From positions 1-64,000 of IMG/VR virus record IMGVR_UViG_3300008952_000004: DNA of 64,000 bases, one strand, 5' to 3'. The stretch comes from a virus. A program made the position numbers and the translations under genes. Shown here in pieces: positions 16,795 through 25,397 of the stretch. Positions within the stretch are counted from its first letter, which is position 1. Every line of letters starts with the position of its first letter. The notes below the pieces were generated by a model. The model ran no database searches and was not told where the DNA came from. It saw only the letters and a program-made list of their open reading frames with translations.

Positions 16795-17862
16795 ATGCCA
16801 AAAAAGGTATTGATAGTTGGAACCGGCACCATTGGGGAACCGTTGATAGGGCTGTTTTCGGTGCTTAAAAAAGATATGGGAATCGATGATGTCTATTTTC
16901 ATAAAAGAACTCCGTTGAGATATGAAATCGCAAAGGTTAATAGTTTGATTAACCGGGGTGCCAAACTTGTGGTAAATAACGACTGTATCAGTCAGTTCGA
17001 ACAGTTAGGACATTCAGTACATTGTGAATATGAGCAAGCACTAGAAGAGTGCGATGTTATTGTTGATTGCACTCCGGCAGGTAACAATAACAAAGCCGCT
17101 TCTTATTTAGATTTATCAGAGACATATCCACATAAGACTTTTATCGCACAGGGCAGTGAAAATGGCTTCGGATTACCCTATGCTTACGGTATTAATGACT
17201 CCATTCTTACCTCTAAAGAAAATAAATTTATTCAAGTTGTAAGCTGCAATACACATAGTATTGCCTGTCTTGTTAACAACCTTCACCACTCCTTTGGGGT
17301 TGTAGGTGGAGATTTTGTGTGTATAAGAAGAGCCAATGATTTAAGTCAGGACGGAGGGTTTATAGCATCTCCTTATTTATCTCTACATTCTTCTATCAAT
17401 GGGACTCATCATGCTAAAGACGTGGTTGATCTCTTTAAAACCAAAGACATATCGTTTAAAGACAGTCTATATTCTAGTGCTATGAAGACCAACACTCAAT
17501 ATATGCACGTCATAAGATATAATATTGAGACAACCGGTCAGCATAGTTACAATAAGATCTTAGATACACTGAAAGAAAATCATATGATTTCTTTAACAAG
17601 ACATCGATCGGCGAATCGAGTTTTTTCATTCGGCAGAGATCACGGGTTTTATGGTAGAATATATAATCAAACGGTAGTTTCAATACCCGCTTTAGAGGTC
17701 CACACAAAGAGGGAAACCACTATGGTTACCGGATTTTCTTTTACTCCTCAAGATGGTAATTCTTTATTGTCCAGCGCGGCAGCAACTCTGTATGGCTTAC
17801 ACGGAAAAAAGTATCTATCTTGGATGTCTTGTTTTTCGAAATTTTTGCACAAAGAAATATAA
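16795..17862 (+). CDS. glyceraldehyde-3-phosphate dehydrogenase-like protein, archaeal (type II) flavour
   Basis: VLIVGTGTIG Rossmann motif, DVIVDCTP, IAQG.E, and VVSCNTH catalytic-Cys motif (archaeal GAPDH has VVSCNTT). Confidence 0.75.
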   Translation: MPKKVLIVGTGTIGEPLIGLFSVLKKDMGIDDVYFHKRTPLRYEIAKVNSLINRGAKLVVNNDCISQFEQLGHSVHCEYEQALEECDVIVDCTPAGNNNKAASYLDLSETYPHKTFIAQGSENGFGLPYAYGINDSILTSKENKFIQVVSCNTHSIACLVNNLHHSFGVVGGDFVCIRRANDLSQDGGFIASPYLSLHSSINGTHHAKDVVDLFKTKDISFKDSLYSSAMKTNTQYMHVIRYNIETTGQHSYNKILDTLKENHMISLTRHRSANRVFSFGRDHGFYGRIYNQTVVSIPALEVHTKRETTMVTGFSFTPQDGNSLLSSAAATLYGLHGKKYLSWMSCFSKFLHKEI

Positions 17863-17880
17863 GAAATTAATTTTTTTTAT

Positions 17881-17908
17881 TTGACTTTTGAGCGTTTAAT
17901 GGTATACT
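17881..17908 (+). promoter_or_regulatory. sigma70-type promoter with extended -10
   Basis: TTGACT (17881-17886), 16-nt spacer, TG-G-TATACT (17900-17908). Confidence 0.55.
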
Positions 17909-17950
17909 TATAACCATTATTTATTCACCATCACATTTTAGGAGAAAAAG

Positions 17951-18238
17951 ATGAGAGTATTAGTTTTTATTACAGCGGTAGCTTCACTATTTTCAATGTT
18001 TGCGTTTGTCCCGCTTTTTCAGGCTTGTAACAGCGCCACAAAAACAGAGGTTGTTACTAATATCGACGCAGCGGCGGCAGACGCCACGGAGGTAGAAATT
18101 AAAGATGCTACAATTTTAGAAGTTGTTAAAACCGAGGATCTACATAGTAGCCAAGGGGTTGAAGTAGAATATATTGACATTTCAGTCGAAGATTCTAAAG
18201 CCATCATGGATGCAGGTAATGGTGATCATAACGATTAA
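17951..18238 (+). CDS. small secreted/lipoprotein
   Basis: RBS AGGAG; N-terminal hydrophobic segment ending FQAC (possible lipobox); acidic mature part. Confidence 0.6.
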   Translation: MRVLVFITAVASLFSMFAFVPLFQACNSATKTEVVTNIDAAAADATEVEIKDATILEVVKTEDLHSSQGVEVEYIDISVEDSKAIMDAGNGDHND

Positions 18239-18258
18239 CCAGAAAAAAGCATATTAAG

Positions 18259-18281
18259 AAAAAAGCCAGCTGGCTTTTTTT
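18259..18281. terminator. bidirectional intrinsic terminator
   Basis: AAAAAAGCC-AGCT-GGCTTTTTTT between convergent genes 17951..18238 (+) and 18280..19062 (-). Confidence 0.65.
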
Positions 18282-19062
18282 ATCTAATTATAGCATTTAA
18301 AAAAACATTGACAATTCTAGAAGCTGCGTGAGTTTCAATTGTTCTATTAATAAATGCGCGCATTGCTTTATAGTTAGGAGAAATTGCAATTTCTGGGAAG
18401 TATCTTAATGTCGAGTGAATCATTCCCACCAACTCACCACGATGGTTAAGTATCGGAGAACCGGAGCTACCACCAAATGCGGGAATAGAATATATGGCAA
18501 CGTTGCGCTTATCAATGCCGTTGTAATATCCTGAAAAAATAGGCACCATATTATCTGAGTGAACGCCTAACGGCGCAGCCATATTAAAAACTTTGTCACC
18601 TGGGACGGGATGCCTTGGCGAAATTGTTAGCGCTGGTTCAAAAAGATTATCGACCCAGAGCATACACATATCATTTTTAAAATCCATATCAATAATTTCT
18701 ACCGGCAGTCGCTGTCCATCCAAGGTGATTACAGTGAAAGAAGATTTTATTTTAGTGTTCGGAGGCTGATCTCGCTTTATATGCTCGATGACATCGGAAT
18801 CATCACAAACATGTGCCGCAGTTAAAACATAAGCCCCCCAAAAGTTCGTTTTGACGACCGCCCCAGATCCAGAGGATCCAAGTCTCTGCTTACTACATTC
18901 CCCTTCGGACAAGCAACTTTCGACGATTATACTTTTTTCAATTTTTAGAAATGATTCTCTTTGAAGAATCTTCTTTTGGTAATTTAGGTTATTGTTGTGG
19001 GCACAGCTAGACGCAACTAAAAAAAATAAAAAACAAACAATTGTTCTTGATATTTTGTTCAC
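18280..19062 (-). CDS. trypsin-like serine protease lipoprotein
   Basis: Lipobox ASSC; catalytic triad motifs VLTAAHVC, NDMC, GGSSGSP. Confidence 0.85.
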   Translation of the reverse strand: MNKISRTIVCFLFFLVASSCAHNNNLNYQKKILQRESFLKIEKSIIVESCLSEGECSKQRLGSSGSGAVVKTNFWGAYVLTAAHVCDDSDVIEHIKRDQPPNTKIKSSFTVITLDGQRLPVEIIDMDFKNDMCMLWVDNLFEPALTISPRHPVPGDKVFNMAAPLGVHSDNMVPIFSGYYNGIDKRNVAIYSIPAFGGSSGSPILNHRGELVGMIHSTLRYFPEIAISPNYKAMRAFINRTIETHAASRIVNVFLNAIIR

Positions 19063-19094
19063 ATCGCTGCCTCCAAAATAAACCTTTTACATTA

Positions 19095-19102
19095 ATAACT
19101 AG
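19095..19102 (-). promoter_or_regulatory. candidate phage late-promoter motif CTAGTTAT (minus strand)
   Basis: ATAACTAG on + strand, upstream of the only minus-strand gene. Confidence 0.45.
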
Positions 19103-19124
19103 GAGATAAAAGATGATTTCCACT

Positions 19125-19132
19125 CTATTTAT
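19125..19132 (+). promoter_or_regulatory. candidate phage late-promoter motif CTATTTAT
   Basis: Back-to-back with the minus-strand copy; upstream of the 19148 gene. Confidence 0.45.
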
Positions 19133-19147
19133 TATAGAAATGATGGT

Positions 19148-19363
19148 TTGTATATAATGCAAATAAAGATAAAACTGTTGATTGTTATCGTTTGGCTTGT
19201 TGGGATCCCTGCATCATTTGTTTTACTACATCAAAAAAATGCTGATTTTAACCCCGAAACAGCTAAGAATAGAGCTTCCCTTCCTTCGTATAACGAGACT
19301 GAGGTTGAAAGATGTTTTTGGTGGATCGTAAAAGAACAAAAAGAAATATATGAAAAAAAATAA
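19148..19363 (+). CDS. small membrane protein
   Basis: N-terminal TM segment LLIVIVWLVGIPASFVLL. Confidence 0.5.
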   Translation: MYIMQIKIKLLIVIVWLVGIPASFVLLHQKNADFNPETAKNRASLPSYNETEVERCFWWIVKEQKEIYEKK

Positions 19364-19389
19364 TTTATTTAACGGACGGGCATAAAACC

Positions 19390-20718
19390 ATGGCTAAGAA
19401 ATCATTTTTATTAGATACTAGCGTGTATCTGACAGACGCTAACGCGATATATTCGTATGGAACAAATGATGTAATTGTTCCTTTAAAAGTGTTAGAAGAG
19501 ATAGACAAGCACAAGAAAAGACAAGATGGCGTAGGCGCCAATGCTCGAAAAATAATTCGAATATTTGATGAGCTTAGAGAAAGGGGCAATCTCAATAGGG
19601 GAGTGCGGATCCGCAAAGGTAAGGGTATTGCATATGCTAAAACTTTCCAACCAGAAGATCTACCAATTAGTTTTGCTCCAACTGATCCAGATAATCAAAT
19701 AATCGGTACAGCGTTAACTGAGATAAGCAATAATAATAAAAGAAAGGTTGTTGTTGTATCCCGTGATATTAATATGCGGGTTAAATGTGATGCCGTTGGG
19801 CTTAATAGCGAAGATTATCTTACCCAGCAAATCGTTCGAGAAAGATCAGAATTATATACTGGCTTCACAACACACTTGGTTGATGAACAAATAATCGATC
19901 GCTTTTACGAAGGTAAAGAAGATGTGGTGTTGGATGAGCCAGACGGAAGATTTTATATAAACCAGTTTGTTATGTTAGTATCAAGTACAAATGAAAAGAA
20001 GACTGCTCTAGCTCGATACGAAGGACATAATTTACCGTTGAAAAAAATTATTAATTATCGTAATGGGGTTTGGGGTGTTAAGGCACGGAATAAAGAGCAA
20101 ACGTTTTCTTTGGAACTGTTAATGGACCCTCGCGTATCTGTAGTATCTTTAATTGGAAAGGCAGGGTCTGGTAAAACTTTACTAGCTATTGCAGCGGGCT
20201 TAGAACAGGTAATGGAACAGGGAAACAACAGTAATAACCAATACAAGCGGGTTATAGTATCTCGCCCTATACAACCTATGGGGAAGGATATTGGCTTTTT
20301 GCCCGGTACCTTAGAAGAAAAAATGCTTCCTTGGCTTGCCCCAATCCAAGATAATTTGCAATTTTTAATGGGAAACGATAAAGCAACGCTTGACATGTAT
20401 CTTGAAAATGGTACCATCGAGATGGAAGCGCTAACTTATATAAGAGGAAGATCAATAACAAACGCATATATTGTTATTGACGAGGCACAGAATCTTACAG
20501 TGCATGAAATGAAAACGATCTTAACAAGAGTTGGAGAAGGTACTAAAATAGTCTTAACTGGTGACATTGAACAAATAGATAATGTATATGTTGATGAAAC
20601 TTCAAACGGTCTTACACACGCTATTGAAAGAATGAAGGAATATTCTTTAACCGGTCATGTGACCTTACAGAAGGGTGAACGTTCAAAAGTTGCCGATCTA
20701 GCAGCAAAAGCATTATAG
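19390..20718 (+). CDS. phoH: PIN-PhoH (PhoH2/YlaK-like) ATPase
   Basis: PIN LLDTSV..., PDNQII, SRDINMRVK; Walker A GKAGSGKT; GFLPGTLEEKM; RGRS; IDEAQN; TGDIEQID. Confidence 0.93.
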   Translation: MAKKSFLLDTSVYLTDANAIYSYGTNDVIVPLKVLEEIDKHKKRQDGVGANARKIIRIFDELRERGNLNRGVRIRKGKGIAYAKTFQPEDLPISFAPTDPDNQIIGTALTEISNNNKRKVVVVSRDINMRVKCDAVGLNSEDYLTQQIVRERSELYTGFTTHLVDEQIIDRFYEGKEDVVLDEPDGRFYINQFVMLVSSTNEKKTALARYEGHNLPLKKIINYRNGVWGVKARNKEQTFSLELLMDPRVSVVSLIGKAGSGKTLLAIAAGLEQVMEQGNNSNNQYKRVIVSRPIQPMGKDIGFLPGTLEEKMLPWLAPIQDNLQFLMGNDKATLDMYLENGTIEMEALTYIRGRSITNAYIVIDEAQNLTVHEMKTILTRVGEGTKIVLTGDIEQIDNVYVDETSNGLTHAIERMKEYSLTGHVTLQKGERSKVADLAAKAL

Positions 20719-20725
20719 GAAAAAA

Positions 20726-21016
20726 ATGGAAATTAAGTTTACAGACAAAAAAGAAGAAGAGAACACCTCTTTGAAAGAGATTGTATCAGGAGATAACGCT
20801 CTAAAAGAGTATATTGTAGAATACACGGGCACAAAGCATACACCTGAAAGTGGAGAAGTGACTGTTGAAATGATAGTCGAGACACTCTCGGAAGACTTTT
20901 CCGAACTTGTATTGGCTATAGCTGAGGAGAATTGGGTCCGAGGTTATCAGCAAGCTTTTCAGGATATAGAAAAGACGTCTGAGCACCTGTTCTCTGAAGA
21001 AAACAAAGATGCCTAA
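20726..21016 (+). CDS. hypothetical protein
   Basis: 96-aa ORF with RBS AGGA; AEENWVRGYQQA motif. Confidence 0.7.
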   Translation: MEIKFTDKKEEENTSLKEIVSGDNALKEYIVEYTGTKHTPESGEVTVEMIVETLSEDFSELVLAIAEENWVRGYQQAFQDIEKTSEHLFSEENKDA

Positions 21017-21692
21017 CAATATCAAAGAATATATTTCTTCTAAGTTAGAAGAAAGTAAAGAACACTTATTATTTAATTCTATTTCTGTAATTGTACAAGA
21101 TCCTTTAATTGGTGAAACTAATATTAAAAATGTTTTATACGAAATAGAGAGTCGGATTCCTCAAAGATTTTTTCAAGCTGTGGATATAATCTATATCGGA
21201 CAGTTCGAAATCCTTCAACAAAGAGAGGTCGAGGCGCTTTATGAGTCTGGTGCAATCTTTCTTTCTAATACACTGCAAACGACCGAGGATTATATCGAGT
21301 CCATTGGTCACGAGGTCGCGCATGCTCTCGAAACAATATATCCAATGGATATATACGCTGACGGAGAATTAGAGAGAGAGTTCATTAGCAAGCGACGACG
21401 ACTACGGGATATTTTGATAGCTTATGGACATCAATATACTGATGGTAATCGCAACAGCTTTCTTAACCCCGAATATGATGAAAAAATTGATATGTTTTTA
21501 TATCAGGACGTTGGATACCCAGTATTAACGTCTTTAGCCTCTGGATTATTTATGTCGCCATATGCGGCAACCTCACTGCGAGAATACTTTGCTAACGGAT
21601 TTGAATGGTATTTAATCAAGGGTGAAAAAGAAACACTTAAAAAAATTAGCCCAATGTTGTATTATAAACTTGACAAATTGTTTTACATGTAA
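21009..21692 (+). CDS. zincin-like metallopeptidase domain protein
   Basis: GHEVAHALE (HExxH) with downstream SLREYFANGFE third-ligand motif. Confidence 0.7.
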   Translation: MPNNIKEYISSKLEESKEHLLFNSISVIVQDPLIGETNIKNVLYEIESRIPQRFFQAVDIIYIGQFEILQQREVEALYESGAIFLSNTLQTTEDYIESIGHEVAHALETIYPMDIYADGELEREFISKRRRLRDILIAYGHQYTDGNRNSFLNPEYDEKIDMFLYQDVGYPVLTSLASGLFMSPYAATSLREYFANGFEWYLIKGEKETLKKISPMLYYKLDKLFYM

Positions 21693-21698
21693 TATTCT
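21670..21698 (+). promoter_or_regulatory. sigma70-type promoter
   Basis: TTGACA (21670-21675), 17-nt spacer, TATTCT (21693-21698), upstream of AGGAG and ATG 21717. Confidence 0.65.
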
Positions 21699-21716
21699 AT
21701 TAGATAGGAGAAAAAA

Positions 21717-22070
21717 ATGGTTAAATTAAAACACTGTAATGTGGAAACTAAAACAAACAAGCTGGGTACCACGGTTCAAGTCAATGTTACTTTAGTCCCT
21801 GCGGCGGTTGCCCAAAGACTTAAAGTTCGTTACGACTTTAACGACGTGGCAACAGCGCTTTCAAAAGCCGGGTATTTAGTAGAGGACGTGTTGTTAGGGA
21901 AAACAGAAATCCTGAATAGCAGATTCGAAGAACAAAGAACTGCACAATATGCGTTTTCTTTAAAACCCAAGTCTAAGACGAAACGAAAAACTTCGTCTAA
22001 ATCTGATACAAATAAAACTCAGCGGACAAAAACCAAAAACCTTCAGGAAAATACAGAAAAAGAGGGATAG
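21717..22070 (+). CDS. hypothetical protein with basic tail
   Basis: RBS AGGAG; 117 aa. Confidence 0.65.
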   Translation: MVKLKHCNVETKTNKLGTTVQVNVTLVPAAVAQRLKVRYDFNDVATALSKAGYLVEDVLLGKTEILNSRFEEQRTAQYAFSLKPKSKTKRKTSSKSDTNKTQRTKTKNLQENTEKEG

Positions 22071-22859
22071 ATGTCTCATATATCATTTTCAGAGTTGAAA
22101 AATTGGGATCATTGCGCTCACTATCACAAACTGGTGCATATTGATAAACTGAAGGGGTTTGAGGGCAACGAATATACAGCCTTCGGCTCAGCAGTTCATG
22201 ACGTATGTGAATATGCATTGTTAGCTGATGACTCTCCGGTAGAAGATTATAAACTGCTTTTTGAAAAAAGTTTTTTAGCTAATCTGAAGTCTCTTTCAAA
22301 AGAGGATTTAAATAAAAAATTAGTAACTTCGATGCGGACTCAAGCAACAAAAATAATTCCTGAGATTTTGCCTGCGGTAAAAGAATACTTTGGGGAATAT
22401 AGTGTTGTTTCAGTAGAAGAAAACATCTATGTTCCAATTCGTGAATTCGACGATGCCGATTATTCATTTAAAGGGTATATTGATCTGGTTGTTAAAACGA
22501 GCGATGGAAAATATCATGTCATCGATTGGAAAACTTGTTCTTGGGGATGGGATTCTAAGAAGAGAACAGATCCAATGATTAATTATCAATTAACTTTTTA
22601 TAAGCACTATTTTGCTATTAAGCACGGCATTGAACCAGCAAACATCGAAACACATTTTGCCTTGTTGAAGAGAACTGCAAAAAGTAATCTTGTAGAGATA
22701 TTCCGTGTTACTTCCGGTAAGAAAAAAACTTCAAACGCTATTAAATTATTAGTAAAGGCGTTATATAATATAACAAATAAGAAGTATGTAAAAAATCGCT
22801 TGGCTTGCCATGGCATATATGGTGACTGCGACTTTTACAACACAAAACACTGTAGGTAA
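22071..22859 (+). CDS. PD-(D/E)XK nuclease (Cas4/AddB-like)
   Basis: ISFSEL..W..C, FGSAVH, KGYIDLVV...VIDWKT, YQL.FY, C-terminal C...CDF...C Fe-S-type cysteines. Confidence 0.85.
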   Translation: MSHISFSELKNWDHCAHYHKLVHIDKLKGFEGNEYTAFGSAVHDVCEYALLADDSPVEDYKLLFEKSFLANLKSLSKEDLNKKLVTSMRTQATKIIPEILPAVKEYFGEYSVVSVEENIYVPIREFDDADYSFKGYIDLVVKTSDGKYHVIDWKTCSWGWDSKKRTDPMINYQLTFYKHYFAIKHGIEPANIETHFALLKRTAKSNLVEIFRVTSGKKKTSNAIKLLVKALYNITNKKYVKNRLACHGIYGDCDFYNTKHCR

Positions 22860-22863
22860 AAAA

Positions 22864-24120
22864 ATGAACAATAAAAAGAAAATTTTAACAATGTCAGACC
22901 ACCCCCTGTCGCCATCCGGCGTTGGAATTCAGACGAAATACTTTATTGAGGCTCTTTTGGATACAGGTCGATATAGCTTTGTAAGTTTAGCGGGTGCAAT
23001 GCAACACGCAGACTATACTCCGCAAAAAACTGAAAAGTACGGCGATGATTGGGTTATTTACCCCGTTGATGGTTATGGTAATCCCGAGATAGTGCGCTCT
23101 CTTATGAGAACTTACAAGCCGGATATTGTGTGGTTTATGACTGATCCTAGATTTTATGGTTGGCTCTGGGAAATGGAAGACGAGATTAGATGTCATGCAC
23201 CAATGATCTATTATCACGTCTGGGATAACAAGCCATATCCAACATTCAATAAAAAGTATTATGATTCGAATGATCTTGTTGTAACTATTTCGAAGGTTAC
23301 AGATGATATTGTTAGAAATGTTTCTCCTGATGTTAACACAACCCATTTACCACACGCTGTTGATGAGGAAGTATACAAGCCGTTAACTCAGGAAGAGATT
23401 GCAACTTTGAAAGATAATTTAAATGTAGACCCTGATAAATTCATTTTTTTCTGGAATAATCGTAACGCACGCCGGAAACAAAGCGGATCACTGATTTTTT
23501 GGTTTAAAGAGTTTCTTGATAAGGTTGGTCATGATAAAGCAACTCTTATTATGCACACAAGCACGACTGATCCAGCAGGGCAGGACCTTAAAGCAATTGC
23601 AGCACATTTAGATATGCTGGAAGGTCAAGTCCAATTTTCCGAAGAAAAAGTCGCACCAGAACAGATGTCAGTAATGTATAACATTGCTGATTGTACAATA
23701 AACGTCGCCGATGCAGAAGGTTTTGGGTTAGGCACTTTAGAATCCTTGTATTGTGAAACACCAATTATTGTAACAATGACTGGCGGCTTACAAGAACAAG
23801 TCACAGACGGTGAAAACTGGTTTGGCATTGGACTAGAGCCAGCATCTAAATCAATTATTGGCTCCCAACCAATTCCTTGGATCTATGAGGATAGAGTTGA
23901 CGGCAACCAAGTTGTTGAGGCTATGCAAGAGATGTATAATAAAACAAAAGAAGAACGAAAAGCCCTTGGTCAAGCCGGTCGACAACACGCGCTAAAAAAT
24001 TATAACTTCGAAGGGATGAAAAGTCGCTGGGTTGAAATTATTGATAAGATGTGTGAGGAAAATGGCTCTTGGGAAACACGAAAAAACTATGATCGTTGGG
24101 AGTTGACGGAGGTATCATGA
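22864..24120 (+). CDS. glycosyltransferase (GT-B, family 4-like)
   Basis: SDHP..PSGVG, NRNARRKQ, AEGFGLGTLE, MTGGLQEQV; likely start ATG 22864. Confidence 0.88.
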   Translation: MNNKKKILTMSDHPLSPSGVGIQTKYFIEALLDTGRYSFVSLAGAMQHADYTPQKTEKYGDDWVIYPVDGYGNPEIVRSLMRTYKPDIVWFMTDPRFYGWLWEMEDEIRCHAPMIYYHVWDNKPYPTFNKKYYDSNDLVVTISKVTDDIVRNVSPDVNTTHLPHAVDEEVYKPLTQEEIATLKDNLNVDPDKFIFFWNNRNARRKQSGSLIFWFKEFLDKVGHDKATLIMHTSTTDPAGQDLKAIAAHLDMLEGQVQFSEEKVAPEQMSVMYNIADCTINVADAEGFGLGTLESLYCETPIIVTMTGGLQEQVTDGENWFGIGLEPASKSIIGSQPIPWIYEDRVDGNQVVEAMQEMYNKTKEERKALGQAGRQHALKNYNFEGMKSRWVEIIDKMCEENGSWETRKNYDRWELTEVS

Positions 24121-25394
24121 AAAAAAGAATCTTAGTAAGAGGACCTGCACTGAGCAGGAGTGGTTATGGAGAACAGACACGCTTTGCTCTGAGGGCGCTT
24201 AAACATCATCAGGATAAATTTGATATTTTCCTTCAGGCAACGAATTGGGGTGCAACCTCTTGGGTGACCGAAGATGACGAAGAAAGGCAGTGGATCGATA
24301 ACCTGCTTCAAAAGACAATTGTCCACACTCAACAAAATGGCACTTATGACATATCTTTACAAGTGACAATTCCAGGCGAATGGCAAAAAATAGCCCCAGT
24401 TAACATTGGATACACTGCTGGAATAGAAACAACAAAAATATCTCCGAATTGGCTGGAGAAAACTTATTTGATGAACAGAATTGTTGTTCCGTCGACTCAC
24501 GCTAAAGAGGCGTTTGTGACAACATCTTGGAAAGCTCGGACACCATCTGGCGAAGAAATCGACGTTGGTTGTACAACTCCGATAGAGCCTGTATCTTTTC
24601 CTGCAAAAGAAACGGAACCTGAGCCTTTGTCCATCGAACTTCCAACTAAATTTAATTTTCTTACCGTCGCACAATTAAGCCCTAGGAAGAATTTTGATAA
24701 AACCTTAAAATGGTTTGTCGAGGAATTCCACGACCAAGAAGATGTTGGGCTAGTCGCAAAGGTAAATTTAGCAAAAAATTGTATTATCGATCGACAAGCG
24801 ACATTGATGAGATTAAGGATTATGCTGCACGAGTACCCAAATCGAAAGTGCAAAGTTTATCTTCTGCATGGTGCTTTATCTGAGGGCGAGATGCTTTCTT
24901 TGTATTCAAACCCAAGAATCAAGGCTTTGGTATCGACGTCTCATGGAGAGGGTTTTGGTTTGCCTATGCTAGAGGCTGCACAGTCAGGACTCCCGGTAGT
25001 TGCCCCGAACTGGAGCGGATACTTAGACTTTTTATCTATGCCAATTAAAAATAAAAAGACGAAAAAGGAAAAAATCAAACCTAGGTTCTTGAAAGTCGAT
25101 TACGAGCTAAAGCTTGTACAGAAGGAAGCCGTGTGGAATGATGTCATTATTCCGGAATCGATGTGGTGTTATCCAAAAGAACATTCATTTAAATCGGCAC
25201 TTAGAAAAGTGTATAATGAGCAAAATATAGTGATAGCTCAAGCTAAAAAACTACAAACCCATATTAATAAAACCTTGACAAACGAGGCACAATATGATAA
25301 ATTCATATCAGCGATGGGGTTACATTTTGAACCAACCACTGTGGAGGTTGACGTGTTTGCTCCAACGGAAGACACAATTCAAGAGCACAAATAG
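24117..25394 (+). CDS. glycosyltransferase (GT-B, family 4-like)
   Basis: SRSGYGEQ, PRKNFD, SHGEGFGLPMLEAA; likely start ATG 24117. Confidence 0.88.
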   Translation: MKKRILVRGPALSRSGYGEQTRFALRALKHHQDKFDIFLQATNWGATSWVTEDDEERQWIDNLLQKTIVHTQQNGTYDISLQVTIPGEWQKIAPVNIGYTAGIETTKISPNWLEKTYLMNRIVVPSTHAKEAFVTTSWKARTPSGEEIDVGCTTPIEPVSFPAKETEPEPLSIELPTKFNFLTVAQLSPRKNFDKTLKWFVEEFHDQEDVGLVAKVNLAKNCIIDRQATLMRLRIMLHEYPNRKCKVYLLHGALSEGEMLSLYSNPRIKALVSTSHGEGFGLPMLEAAQSGLPVVAPNWSGYLDFLSMPIKNKKTKKEKIKPRFLKVDYELKLVQKEAVWNDVIIPESMWCYPKEHSFKSALRKVYNEQNIVIAQAKKLQTHINKTLTNEAQYDKFISAMGLHFEPTTVEVDVFAPTEDTIQEHK

Positions 25395-25397
25395 AGA

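Noticed and set aside
22071-22859. CRISPR-Cas locus around the Cas4-like nuclease
   Set aside because: No direct-repeat/spacer array or other cas genes were seen anywhere in the window.
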